Shown: positions 39,011-51,480 of the stretch, piece by piece
Layout: every line of letters starts with the position of its first letter
Numbering within the stretch: position 1 is the first letter of the stretch
Source: Antechinus flavipes
Lineage: Eukaryota
Length of the DNA stretch: 64,000 bases
Assembly: GCF_016432865.1 (NCBI RefSeq)
Contig: NC_067399.1
Location: 549,878,001-549,942,000 of the forward strand
Direction of reading: 5' to 3'
The notes under the pieces: model-generated
Database searches by the model: none
The model's input: only the letters and a program-made list of their open reading frames with translations
Told to the model about the DNA's origin: nothing
Program-made: the position numbers and the translations under genes

Positions 39011-39730
39011 AGTCTGGGCATAATAAGCATTTGTGCCCACTGTGGCACAGCGTCTTATGATTTCCTCTAAAGGAGCATCTTTGTCTAGCCCCCATATAAT
39101 TCTTTTGCAAACCTCATTGGCATTTTCCTTAGCCAAATGTTTAGTCATTATTTCTGTTGCTGCATTGTCTCCAATGGTTCTTATTACAGCTGTTTGTAAA
39201 CGTCCCACAAAATCTGCAAAAGGTTCATTGGGACCTTGCTCTATTTTTGTGAAAGCATTATTTCCATCTTTCTGTCCAGGGAGAGAATTCCAAGCTTTTA
39301 TTGCAGCCTTAGAAATTTGCTCATACACTGTTATGGGATACTCAGAATTGTAATTAACTCCATTCTCATCTGATTCGTCCTCCTTTTCACCTAGTAAAGT
39401 TGGTACTTCTTCCTCCTGTACTTTCCTTTTCATCATTCTATCACTTAAATAACTTCTTATAGCCAATTGTATTACATTATATGTATTAATTATTGAGTTA
39501 GGCCCATTTTTATTATAGAATTGACAAAGATCCTCTCCAACCAATTTCCATTCATTTAGATCTAATTCCTTATCAAGAGAGAAACAAGGACATATATCCT
39601 TTACAGTTTGTAAAAGTTCAGTGATTTGCTGTAAACTTATAATTAAACCTTGGCTTTCCATAACTTTGACAATGCTCTCTAAACATTTTCCTTGAACAGA
39701 AACAGGCTGTTTTCTAAATATCTGTCCCAT
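38927..39730 (-). CDS. gag: Internally deleted Gag: matrix fused in frame to capsid C-terminal domain (267 aa)
   Basis: MGQ start in strong Kozak context (aagATGg); betaretroviral MA-like W-x-x-VG motif (EWKLVGEDL); major homology region FTKIEQGPNEPFADFVGRL (39197-39253); ENAN..C CA-CTD motif; no internal stop. Confidence 0.9.
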   Translation of the reverse strand: MGQIFRKQPVSVQGKCLESIVKVMESQGLIISLQQITELLQTVKDICPCFSLDKELDLNEWKLVGEDLCQFYNKNGPNSIINTYNVIQLAIRSYLSDRMMKRKVQEEEVPTLLGEKEDESDENGVNYNSEYPITVYEQISKAAIKAWNSLPGQKDGNNAFTKIEQGPNEPFADFVGRLQTAVIRTIGDNAATEIMTKHLAKENANEVCKRIIWGLDKDAPLEEIIRRCATVGTNAYYAQTMMKDKVLLGRGILEKLVDVFSAEKLDI

Positions 39731-39778
39731 CTTAGCTGAAATTCTACTTTAACTCTTCTAACAAAATTTCTTTGTTGC

Positions 39779-39787
39779 ACTCACCCT
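39779..39787 (-). promoter_or_regulatory. Candidate major splice donor in the ERV leader
   Basis: Minus strand AGG|GTGAGT between PBS and gag ATG. Confidence 0.7.
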
Positions 39788-39837
39788 AATTTCTGGGTTG
39801 AAGTCTTTTCCACTGCATCAGGATCAGAGGCTTTTCA

Positions 39838-39855
39838 GCCCCACGTTGGGCGCCA
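39838..39855 (-). promoter_or_regulatory. Primer binding site, tRNA-Lys(CUU; Lys1,2)
   Basis: Minus strand TGGCGCCCAACGTGGGGC, 18 nt complementary to the tRNA-Lys1,2 3' end, 3 nt from the 5' LTR. Confidence 0.95.
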
Positions 39856-39858
39856 AAA

Positions 39859-40260
39859 TGTTGTGAGCTTTTTCTTCTCAAAAAGCAGCCAGGTGATAAA
39901 AGTTCAGATCTTTTATTATCCCAATATAGCCCGGTTAGCTTAGAGGCCTATCTCTCTGCTTGGTTCCAAGAGCTCTCTCCGAATGTCACCAAATCCAAAG
40001 GTCTGGTCCTTCAGCCTCTGCCTCTGCTTTCTTCAGCCTCCAGCCAGCTCCAGTCTTCATGTCATTCCGGTGAAATCTCGACTTGTAGCATCTTCCTCTC
40101 AAGAACTCTCCAACTGGCCCATTGGCCTATTTATGCTTCTTCCAGAGAGAGGGGATTATGGGTAGTTCTACTTAGTACCTTGTTTCAGGTTCTGCCCAAA
40201 ACATCTTCTTGTAAGATTAGATCAACTCTAATTAGTTAGCAGTTAGTAAGGATTCCAACA
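39859..40260 (-). mobile_element. 5' LTR
   Basis: 402 bp, 401/402 identical to the 3' LTR. Confidence 0.97.
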
Positions 40261-40266
40261 ATTTCC

Positions 40267-41420
40267 CTCCATTCTAATTTCCCCAGTTTATTCTATTCTC
40301 TTTCCTATCTTCCTGTCCTTAAAAATGTTTTACTTCTGACCTCCATATATTTGAAAAATGACACCTTTATCAGAGAAAGTTGCTTAAGATTTTCTCCACA
40401 GTTTTGATTAAGAACTTCCCTGCATTCTAATTCCCCCAGGTTATTTTATTCTCTTTTCTTTCATCCTGTTCCCTCCTTAAAGTGTTTTATTTCTGACAAC
40501 TGCTTGCTCAATTTGCCCTCCCTTCTATGAGAAACCCTGTTTTCTTATCTTCTTTATCTCCTACTTTCCTGTTGTGTAAGATAGATTTCCATACCCAATT
40601 AAATATATGAGCATATACTCATTTGCATTTCTTGCAAATAAATGGAGAAATCAATTTTATAAAAATAACTCCCATTCTTTAAATGATAAACTTTAACTTT
40701 AAGTGCTATATGATGCCCTTTCCTGTCTCCTTTTTTTATGCTTCTCTTGAGTTAAATTTAAACATCAAATTTTCTATTCAGCATTAGTCCTTTCATCAAA
40801 AGTACTTGAAAATCTTCTTTCATTGACTATCCATCCCTCACCTTTCAATCCCCAGAAAGAATTATACTGAGTTCTGAGCTCATTCTACTCTTTTGCCATC
40901 CAGAAATTCCAAGCCCTGATCCTTTCTTTCATGTAGAATTCATGTTATCCTGAATGTGGCTCCACAATACTTATATTGTTTTCCTCTGGTTCTTACAATA
41001 TTTCCCCTGGATCTCAGAGCTCTGGAATTTGGCTATAATACTCTTGGGAGTTTTCATCTCTTTCAGGAAATGATTGGTAGACTACTTCAATTTCTATTTT
41101 ATTTTCTGGTCTAGAGTATTAGGGCAATTTTCCTTGATGATTTTTTGAAATATGATATCTAAGTTCTTTTTTATTATCACAGTTTTCAGAATTTCAATGA
41201 TTTTTAAAATGGTCTCTTTTGGATCTATTTTCCATGTCAGTTTTTTTTTGCAATAAGATATTTCACATTGCCTTCTTTAAAAAAAAATCCTTTTGTCTTT
41301 GTTTTATTGTTTCTTAGTGTCTCAAAGAGTCATTAGCTTTCACTTGTTCAATTACAGTTTTTAAGGGACTGTTTACTTCAGTGAGCTTTTGCACCTCCTT
41401 TTTCATTTTCATTTCATTTT
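40267..41420 (-). mobile_element. L1 inter-ORF region and ORF1 C-terminal fragment
   Basis: Antisense ORF1 motifs (gttatcctgaatgtggctccacaatac, gaatttggctataatactcttgggag). Confidence 0.8.
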
Positions 41421-41679
41421 CAATTGTATAAGGGGTTCTATTCTACTAATACCAATATATCCTTTATAAAGCAATTAATTGTCAGGATAGGATGATTGAA
41501 AGTAGTTTATTACAATTATATATGTCTATATGGATTTTCTGTAGTCACAAACATTCTAAGAACAACTTAGTTGGATTTAATTTCATCAAATGAACAAAGG
41601 AACGTATTTGGCTAGATTTTAATTTAGACATCAACTGGATAATTCTAATATTGAAATTTAATACAGAGAGAGTCTAAAG

Positions 41680-41900
41680 TCACCATGATGTAACAGAAAA
41701 AAAAGTGACTGATGTAGCCAGGAAGATGTTTCATACCTTTCTTCCTTAGTAATCATGTTAGCCTGAGCAAATCACAACCTCTGTTTGCCTTGGTTTTCTC
41801 TTCTTGTAAAATGGGGATATGTGAGAATCAAATGAGATCATATATGTTAAGTCCTTTGTAAACTTTAAAGTGCTACATAAATGTTAAGTATTTATATAAT
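41680..41900 (+). mobile_element. MIR SINE
   Basis: gcaaatcacaacctctg...tgtaaaatggggat...gtcctttgtaaactttaaagtgc. Confidence 0.65.
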
Positions 41901-42344
41901 TTAACAAACGTTTATTTAATACCAGAAGATATATTCTATAAATATTAATGTACATAATTAAACCTATTTGCAAAATCTTCAATTGTGAAAGAATATAAAT
42001 AATCTTCACTGACCAATTAATATAAACAAATCTTAACAGAAATCATAGACAATACAACTATTCCTTCTAAAGATTACAGAACCACACATTAAAGGGTTAA
42101 AGGAAAATTAGTGAGAAAAATATTAAATGAAAAAGTACCAATTTATTAGAGGAAAAAATGCATATAGTATATCCTTGACCTTCAGTTAAAAGTTGGAAGA
42201 TTATTCAGTCATTCAGTGAAAGTCATGAAATGTAGCAGACTTTTATATAATTAGTTTAATGCATGAACACATTTAAGAGTATGTATACTAGTCAGAAAAT
42301 AAGCAACTTTAAAAGTTCTTTAACTATCAATTATTGACAACACA

Positions 42345-42620
42345 ATGATTCATGACTGTCATAAGTGAGGCAGCTAAGGTGAGGATAGAGAGCTGCTCTC
42401 AGAGGGAAGAAGATCTGGATTCAAGTATTGCATCTGACTTATGCTGGGTGTGTGTGTGTGTGTGTGTTACCCTACTTATTATATTAACTCCTAGATTAGA
42501 TAAATTCCTCAGTGTCTTAGGCAACTATACTATCAATTATAGAGAAGATGTAGGTGTGTTTTGGTAAAAGATGTTCTTTCTGTGGCAAGTTCCTTCTAAT
42601 AATGAAATAGGTTTAGTTGC
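42345..42620 (+). mobile_element. MIR3/MAR-type SINE with (TG)n
   Basis: gaggcagctaagg...gaagatctggattcaag...tcttaggcaact. Confidence 0.65.
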
Positions 42621-44253
42621 TATTCTTTTCAAAGTCTCCTGTGAACTTCATCAAGTTATTTCATTAAGATTTATTAAAGGTTCATGAATGTACAAATGTT
42701 GTTTTATTTAGGAAGCTAAATTACTTAGCTTATCTGAAGATAGATTACTTATCTTATTATATTTTCTAGATTCTTTATCAATAAGTAGTTAACTGTGCAA
42801 CTATAACCAGCCTAAATATAAGATAAATACTATTGAAACAACAAAGAAATTCTTTGCTGGACTTTAGAGTACCAAAATTCTCCTCAGATACAAGATTTAG
42901 GATTTGGTTGAACTCCAGAAATAGGCTACCACACTCAAATTTCCCTCAAAATTTAGTTTTCAGTCACATATATGTTATGAGTTATGATGGAATAGAATAA
43001 GGGGAAACTACTTTCTAGTTCTTTATAAAAATTTTCATTTTATTTTACTCTGTGAGATTGTGAAATGTATTCGATAACTTTCCCCCCCTCTGTTTCTTCT
43101 TGTATCTACATTAGCAGTTGGAAAGAATGAGAACAGGGTAAATGGATTGAAGATGGACTAGAGGGGAAATAGATGCTTTTTATTCCTGTTTAAGTCCTGT
43201 TTCTTCTAAAATATTCAGTAAATTGAAAAGAATAAAGCTTTGTGTTCTTACCACAGCTGTTCTCTCTTTACAAAAAACAGAAAGCAATTACTAATCATAA
43301 TTACAGAAAGTGAACACCCTCACTGACAGTTGCTGCCCTGATTAGTTATAATTTGATCATTTGCCTCATCAGACATCTTTCTCTTCACGAGCAAAGTCAA
43401 AAGGCAAAGATTTTGTAACTTTGTCCAGGGAAACAGGAGCTAATCTTTTAAGTATCAACATTGGAATCATTTTTCCCTTCATATTTTGGTCATTTAAAAT
43501 TAATGCATAATGTTATTTGAGAGCACACAAAATATAAGCTCACTTCTTCCTATTTGAAAAATACTTTCAATATTGTAAACATTCCTATAAAAATAAAACT
43601 TTTTAAACTTCTAAAAAATATCCTGAAAACCAACAAATAAGGATCATCATATTGTAAACTGTTTTCTTTCAGTCATAAACACCAATTATTAAAAAAAAAA
43701 GTGCATCCATGAAAAATAGGAGAGAAATTGCATTTAATTATTCTTTTTAATTCTTACATATTTTTTACCAACTCTAAATTTATATTTAAAAAAATACCTC
43801 CACTGCCTTTTTATGCAGTTGGAAGAAAAAGAAAAGGAGTAATTTAAACAATTGTTCTAGCCAATTTTGTTTAATCAGTTGCTATACACTGGAACAAATT
43901 TACTGAGAGATGAAATAACTATTTTTTGAATATTTTAAAAAATAATAAACCATCTGTCCAGGATTGTATAGTATCAGATATGTCTGGAAGAAGTGAACTT
44001 TAAGACTAGCTGGTATTTAGAGGATAATTCTAATTTTTATTCTATATTTTGTATATTACAGAAGCAGCAAAATAAAGTAGTAGAATCTCTTTTCATTTTA
44101 ATAGAAAGTAAAATGAAACATGGCAAGCAGCAACTATGAAAATGGTTGCAAAATAGACATTTTAGAATGTCAGAATTATTTTTCCCTCTTGGTTTTGATA
44201 AACTAAAAAGAGGATGTAGTTTAATAATTCCTTTAAATGATAGTGTCAGACTA

Positions 44254-44430
<177 letters not shown>

Positions 44431-45369
44431 CTAAAGAAAAGAGCATAAAAATATGTTACAATCAAAGCAAGATTTTAATTTTGCCCCTTGAAAGTTAACA
44501 AGAATCAGTAATGGAAGGTTTAAAATGTCTCAAAGTTGCTAACACTAATTTTGAATACGTATAATTAGCAGAGCAAAACTGTTTGTATTGACAGAATAAT
44601 GGAAAATAAATTAAAAAATTAAAAGATATACTGTTTTAAAAATTCTCTTCATAAATGAGAAGACTAATCTGAAAGATATTAAACTACTTATGAGGAGATG
44701 AATTATTAAAAAGAATAAAGCATCTAAAAATTAAAACATGGAAATTAAACAATCCAAAGTGTAGGCAAGAAAGCAAAGACAAGGAAAAAAATGAAAGCAC
44801 ATTAAATGAAGAAAATGAGGAAAAAATAAATAGTTTGTCTATAGTCACAATTTAACAATTTTAAGCAGCTAATAATAACTAGAGAGGAGTCATAGGTTAT
44901 GAAAAATGGAAATTGACAGCCTTAGAAATAATAATTTAATAAATACACTGAGATGCCAAGAAAAGATGATTTTATTAAAGTACCAAGCATCATATTTAAA
45001 GAAGGAAAATATAGTAAAAACACATATATGAATACATTTTTATTGATTAAAATATATGCATTGAAAAATGGTTTCCAACCTAAGGAAATATTCTTTATAC
45101 TTGGATAATATTCTTTATACTTCAATAATATGCTTCATAGACCATTTTTCCTTTTCACTTTAAGTTTAAAGTGTATTAGCTATCAACTAACTAAATGAAT
45201 TTTAAATGTTTATTTCATAATTAATTATACAGGCTATCTCTTTCAAGGAAAACAAATGAAACTGCCTCAAATTCAGTAACATTAAAACTAATTAATTATA
45301 AATGTTCATTATAAATATTAATATCATTATATATAAATATAAATGACTCCAAGATCAATTCCCTATCCA

Positions 45370-46000
45370 TTACATTACACTAGTTAGTCAGTAAACAAGT
45401 ATTTATTAAGCATTTTACTATGTGAAAAGCATCATGCTATATACTACAGTTAAAAAGAATAGGGGGGAAATTGTTCTTTTCCTCAAGGAGCTCACATGCT
45501 AATGGGAGAAATGGGTAAGACATCATACAAGTAACCAATACACACACATACCAAAAATACATAGTTTAAATGGAAGGTAATCACAGAAAAAAAGGCAAGA
45601 ATTACTTTGTTTGGGGCTGTTTGAGCCTCATATTAAGAGCAATCATCACTTGGAGCCCCTTTAGAAACTCAATAAAAAAGAGAAGTCAACTTCAGAAAGG
45701 GAAAGGACACAGATTTTATACACACACAAACACACATACATACATGTATATATACATATGTATACATACAAATACACAGGTTGGCAGTCCAGCAGATAGA
45801 GAGTACTAAACTTGTAATTATAAAAGATTTAAATTCATTTTGTCATTCTGGATAAGACATTGAATCTTTGCTTGCCTCCATATCCTCATCTGGTAAAAGT
45901 GGAGATAATAACAACACCAGGGTTACTGTGAGAATAAAATGAGATAATACTTTAAAAATGTGTAGCAAACCTTAAAGCACTACATAAATGCTACTAAATA
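45370..46000. mobile_element. L2 3' tail (minus) followed by MIR (plus)
   Basis: agtcagtaaacaagtatttattaagcatt...ctcaaggagctcacat; cctcatctggtaaaagtggagataataac. Confidence 0.6.
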
Positions 46001-46239
46001 TAAATAAGCATACATATCAGCATCCAAAATAGTCAACTAGCTTTGCTATGTCATTAATGAAATTTACATTATTTCTTATCCAGGATAAATTAAGAGGCTA
46101 TCTTCAAGATTTCTGGGAAGGGAGGGGATGTCATAATTCATGGTAAAAAACCACCAAATTAAGTTATGGAAAGGGAAAAAGAGAAAGCAAGAAAACAAAT
46201 TCAATTCAATATACATTTAAATGCCTATTATGTACATAG

Positions 46240-46680
46240 CAAAGAGTTCTTGATATCATGGAATTTGAAAAGTTGTATAATCATATCCAGAGTAACTTAT
46301 ATTTGACCTTTACCCATAATCTAAGGCATATAACAAATACTCCCTAAGAGAATGTGATTCAATATTTGATTAAAAAAATAGTTGAACTTTGAGAATTTTT
46401 TTAATCTAAAAAAGTTTAGGTAAATCTTTGTACTGAATATCTCTGATAAGAGTTTGATTTCTAAGATGCATAAATAACAAAACTTTGTGCCTCAAAGTTA
46501 GCTCCCTATAGACAAAGTCATTAGAGGACATGAAGAAGCATTTCTCAAAAATACTGCAAACTATTAATAAGCACATGAAAGAATGCTCCAAATCACTAAG
46601 AGAAAAAACACCAATCAAAATAAATGAGATTTTACCTCAAATCAAGCAAACTGGAAAAGTTGTCAAAATTTGGGAAACTC
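46240..46680 (+). mobile_element. L1 ORF2 fragment
   Basis: aataagcacatgaaagaatgctccaaatcactaagag. Confidence 0.65.
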
Positions 46681-46689
46681 AAATTTTCA

Positions 46690-47040
46690 GGAGGTAAAGT
46701 AAAATGGCCACAACTGGGACCTGAATTCTTCTTGGTTCAAGTCCAACACAAAGGTTGAAAAGGGCAGAGTAGTCCTGCGTGGTAAAAGTGATATGGAGGT
46801 GGAGTAAGTGCCTAGTTAGGAGGGGGGATACTAAAAAGAGCTTTGGCAGGATGTGTGGAGGTGAGGGGAAAGCTTCCAAAAGACTGTTCTTGTTAGGCCC
46901 ATAGGATTGGGTACCCATCAGTACTTGTCTCCTTCTGCGACCATCTGATGAATGGGCTCTAGGCCATCTAGGAGGATTGGGGAGAAGAAGGATGAAATTT
47001 TATGTATTACTCTACATCCAGAGCCTTCTGCCACTAGAAA
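46690..47040 (-). mobile_element. Probable L2 endonuclease-region fragment
   Basis: Purine-rich antisense L2-like sequence; minus ORF 46679..46918. Confidence 0.45.
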
Positions 47041-47059
47041 GAATAGAGTAGGGAAGTGC

Positions 47060-48190
47060 ATATTCCTCTTTGTTCTTCAGGGTCAAACTTGATGATTATA
47101 ATTATGCAATGTTGTATGTATATACATGTGTGTGTATTATTATTGCTTTTTACTTTTATATTGTAGTGATTTTTAATAGTGTTTTCCAAGTTCTGTTATT
47201 TTACTTTGCGTCATTAATGTCTTCCCATATTCCCCCTGTATTCATCATATTCCTCATTTCTTACAATACAGTAATTTCTATCATATTAATAAATCACAAT
47301 TTATTTAGCTATTATTTCCCATCCCTATCCAAATATATCTAGTTTCTTTCTAGTTTGATGCCACCACAAAAAGTCCAGTATATTTTGGTGTTGACTATAT
47401 TTTTCTTTCTGTCTTCATCCTTTTTAGAATCCATATCAAGAGAACATCACTAGGTCAAAGGATAAGGGTATTTTAATCAATTTTTAAAGCATAATTCTAA
47501 ATTGCTTTTCAGAAAGGCATATACAAATCAAGACATAGCACATTAGTATGTCTCTTTACACAAACTCTCCCACATTGTTATCTTTGACAATGTGCTACAT
47601 GTATCATGAATTTCAAAGTTGTTTTCATTTTCATTTCTCATTAAGAGTAATCTGGAGTAACTTTATTTTAAGTAATCTATAGTATTTTCTGTTATAAGCA
47701 ATTTGTGGTAACTTTTCATATAATCTCTAATAGTTCACAATCCTGAAAATCATTTATATTCTTTGAGAAATTACTCTGGGATATGTATGTATGTATGTAT
47801 ATATGTGCGTATATTATATATGTATATATAATGTGTGTGTATATTTATAGTTGATAACAAATCTTTGAGGTATTTGAGAAGTTTTTTAAAAAATTTTCTA
47901 TTTGACTACTTTTTTTCTTAGTTCAGCTATGTAGATAATAATACAAATCCTTTCCATTTCATTAGCCTTTCTTTAAGTTAAATATTCTACCTTTAGACAA
48001 AGCTATAAAAGTTATGTGATCAGATCCTCTTCTAATCTCTTTCAATAGTATGATTCTTATTTTTCAAGTCAAGTATATATTCTTATCTGATTATATTCTT
48101 TTGCATGAGATATTGGTCTAAGTCTAATTTCTGACAAATTGCTCTCCATTTTTCCAAGCAGTTCTTTTCAAATAGGAGTTCTCTCCTAGT
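47060..48190 (-). mobile_element. Old L1 3' region
   Basis: Antisense L1 motifs (atcactaggtcaaaggataaggg, tctaagtctaatttctgac). Confidence 0.65.
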
Positions 48191-49199
48191 AATTGAGGAT
48201 CAAATGAAATAGTTGTAATTACTTATCACAATACTTGAAAAACTGATATAAATGTTAGTTATTATTATTATTATTAAGCATTGAGTTCAAAGAAGATATT
48301 TATGAATGGTGTGACCCTGGGATGGCATTTAACAGTTTTATCAGTTATAAAATGGAGATACTGATATAACCTACTTGGCAATTCTTCTATAGTGAAAATA
48401 TAAAAGGAATTATTTAGTAGGCTAATGTCTGTTTGTATCAACCTTTGTAACTAGCTTAAGTAGTAAGGAATAATTCTTAACCAAAAGATTACATGGCTCA
48501 ATGCACATCTTGTCATATTGAAATTTCTTATTGTTTTATACTTTTGATGCCGTTTAAAATACAAATGACATTTCTCCATTTCCTACAATTATTGAGTGAC
48601 ATGAGTTTTGATAGATTGTTTAATACTGAGTAGGAATAACAAGTAGTTTGCTTAGGAGGGATTTGGGGAGAATTGGGAAGTCATTAGCTATTGTGTCTTA
48701 TGTCAAAGCCCAGCTTACATACATCATTGTAGAGTAAGAATTGAACATAGTCACAGATGTTTATTCATGCAGTGAAATTTTTTAATAAGTAAAAGTCACT
48801 TGTATGACTCTCAGTAAAAATCATTATTGTTTCATTTTTGTCTCCGAATTCTAAGCACCAACACCTACCATAGTATCTGGCTCAGAGTAGACAGTTAATA
48901 AATGGCTATTTGTTGACTGATTAATGCTGTTAGCATTTTGTGTCCTGTAAATGTTAGTATTTATCACCTAAATGTACATTGTGTATATCCTTAATATATC
49001 TACTAGTATATCCACAAGTTTGCTAATTGTGTAAATAGTTTCTGTTTTATATATATGGTGAGCTAACTTTTAGATCTCTAAGGAAATATTTTGGTTCTCT
49101 ATGAAATTATTGACTGTCACATGAGCAACAAGATGTGAAACAAGGAATTTTCTTAAAGCCCCACAACCTCTCCAATAAACAGAATATGTATCAAAGATA

Positions 49200-49425
49200 A
49201 ACCCCCAACTCCAGTCTACAGAAGTCTGCTTGCTCCTTGACAAGCCATCTTGGCCATAACTTTTCAGGAGCAAAAGCCTACATAGGGTTATAGTCCAGAA
49301 GCATCATCTCTGCAAACTTCTGAAATTCTGATGCTGGGGAAAACAGATCTTGAACTGCTGGTGCTAAGCTAAAACTAGGGAAAATATGCATTAAGACAGA
49401 TCATCAGGACAGGATACTCTATGTA

Positions 49426-49471
<46 letters not shown>

Positions 49472-51480
49472 GCTAGTTCTTAACTACCCAAAAGTCACTT
49501 GGAGCAAGATCTAAGGTTGTAGATCCAGAATTGTCCCATGTGGGAAGAGATCTAGCCCTTAATCCATTATCCATGGGTCATAGGAAAGGAAGTCTAGAAG
49601 TGACAAGGAAAATAAGGAATGGGACGTGGAGCTGAAAAATCCCAAAGATTTTAGGAAAAAGAAAACTAAAAGACCTTGAACATAAATAGACAAATTAACA
49701 AGAAAAATAGCTAAAAATAGCTTTAAAATAGCTATTTTTTTCAACAGCAACAGAAGAAAAATGTGGCCATCCTAATAAACAAGTTCAGGAATCTACAAAT
49801 CCTCTCAAATAAACACTTGATGAGATAGAGGATCTTGTGGAATTGGAAGAGAACATGGAATCAAAACACAGTATTCTTGAGTAGTATAAAAGACAAATGA
49901 GAATTATGAGAACAAAATTTGTGTCCTGCCCAGGAAAAATAACAGAGAAAAATCTTGAATATAAAATTTTAAGCCAGGCCAAAAAAATTTGGTTGCCAAA
50001 AAATTACATTGTAAATATACAAAACATTCAAAAGTGAAGAAAAACCTAAAACAGAAGCAAAAAGGGGCAGTGTTAAAAGAAAATATGCTCACTATGAAAA
50101 CAAAACATACTGAATTTGAAGACATGATGTGAAAAGACAAATGAAGTATTCTATATCACACAGACGAACATGACAGGAGAACAAAACTTTAATCCCACAG
50201 TGAAGGAAAAAACAGAATAGAATGGGCTAAAACATCTGAGCATCAAAAATAAAATTCCAATTGAAAGAAGTCACGGTTCCAGAAAAACAAAACCCAAGGG
50301 TGTAAAAATCCAAGACACACAGTGGTTAAGTTTAACAATTTAATTCAGAAACTAGTTCTACAAGGGATAAAGAGAAACACTTTCAAATGCAAAGGAAAAG
50401 ACAGTCAAATAATAGAAAACTATCATACCTGTTAGAAAAAGAGGAAGAAATGAAAGAATGTATTCTGAAGAGCAATGGATTACTGATACTTTTGGATAAT
50501 AAAAAGTAACATTCCCTAGGTGTAATACAATAAGTCAATAGTGGCCATATTTCAGGTCACTTAAACAAGAATTATTTGGTTTAGTAAAAGTGTTTTTTAA
50601 AAATATGAATTAAAATCTGTGAAGATGAAAAGGGAAAGACCACATATAAAGCAACCTTGAAATCATTATAAAATACTATAAAGTTCAGCTATTTTTATAA
50701 GAATGAAAAAAAAATCTTATTTAGGAAAAAAAGAAGAGATATTCAAAAGTAGATTTGTTATATAAACTATAGGATATCATATGAAAGAATTATTTTTTTC
50801 TCTAGTGTAAAAACAACTTAATAATATTTTCCATTTTTAATTTCTATGAATATATGATTAGTTCTGGGAAAAAATTTGAAAACATTATTGATTAGTTCTA
50901 TTACATTGATTTACAAAAAGTCTGGGAGAATTATTTTAGAATTAAGTTAGGGATCATAATAAGCAGTTCTACAAATAAAAGCTTAGTAAAATTTCACTTA
51001 TATTTTTAAAGCATTTATATAGGATCCTAATATTCTGTATGAAAGTAATAAAGAAATGCATATGCAAATAGAAATTTCATCAGAGCTGGATTGTGCTTAT
51101 CTGGCTCCCTTCCACAGATTAACCAGGGAACATGGCAGCTGTCACCACTAACAAGGCAATAAGATGGGAAAAGTTGTGCCAAAATGCTATATGGAATTAG
51201 ACAAAAACCCAAGGTGTAATGAGAACCAAAAAGAAGAAAAAAAGAATGGCAAGCTGGACAGGTCAGATGTGTAATCAGAGGAACAATGATGGAGTTAGTC
51301 GGTAGTTATATAACTGAAATTCTCATAAAAAAATCTCAAATACAGCAAACCATTCTAGATTCCTAAACTTCTATGAAATTATACCAAATCATAAATTTAC
51401 AAAAGAGGAAAGAAAATCTAATTTCTGGAGTTTATTTTAATATACTGAGCCTGAACAAAGAGGTTAAAATCTTCAATTTT
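49200..51480 (+). mobile_element. Old L1 5' UTR/ORF1/endonuclease fragments, with (TG)n at about 49422-49468
   Basis: A-rich ORF1-like and endonuclease-like stretches. Confidence 0.5.

Larger units (their letters stand above)
37956..40260 (-). mobile_element. Young internally deleted betaretrovirus-like (ERV2/ERVK) provirus, 2305 bp, non-autonomous
   Basis: Paired 402-bp LTRs, 6-bp TSD atttcc (37950-37955 / 40261-40266), tRNA-Lys PBS, PPT, gag sequences; no pro/RT/env. Confidence 0.97.

Noticed and set aside
38990-39030. Programmed -1 frameshift linking CA to NC
   Set aside because: No X XXY YYZ slippery heptamer in phase before the first zinc knuckle; a deletion or indel is more likely
37887-40165. 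Identical 60-aa ORFs (38080, 39983), a 149-aa ORF and antisense ORFs in the ERV
   Set aside because: They arise from the duplicated LTRs or are antisense shadows of gag; no protein motifs
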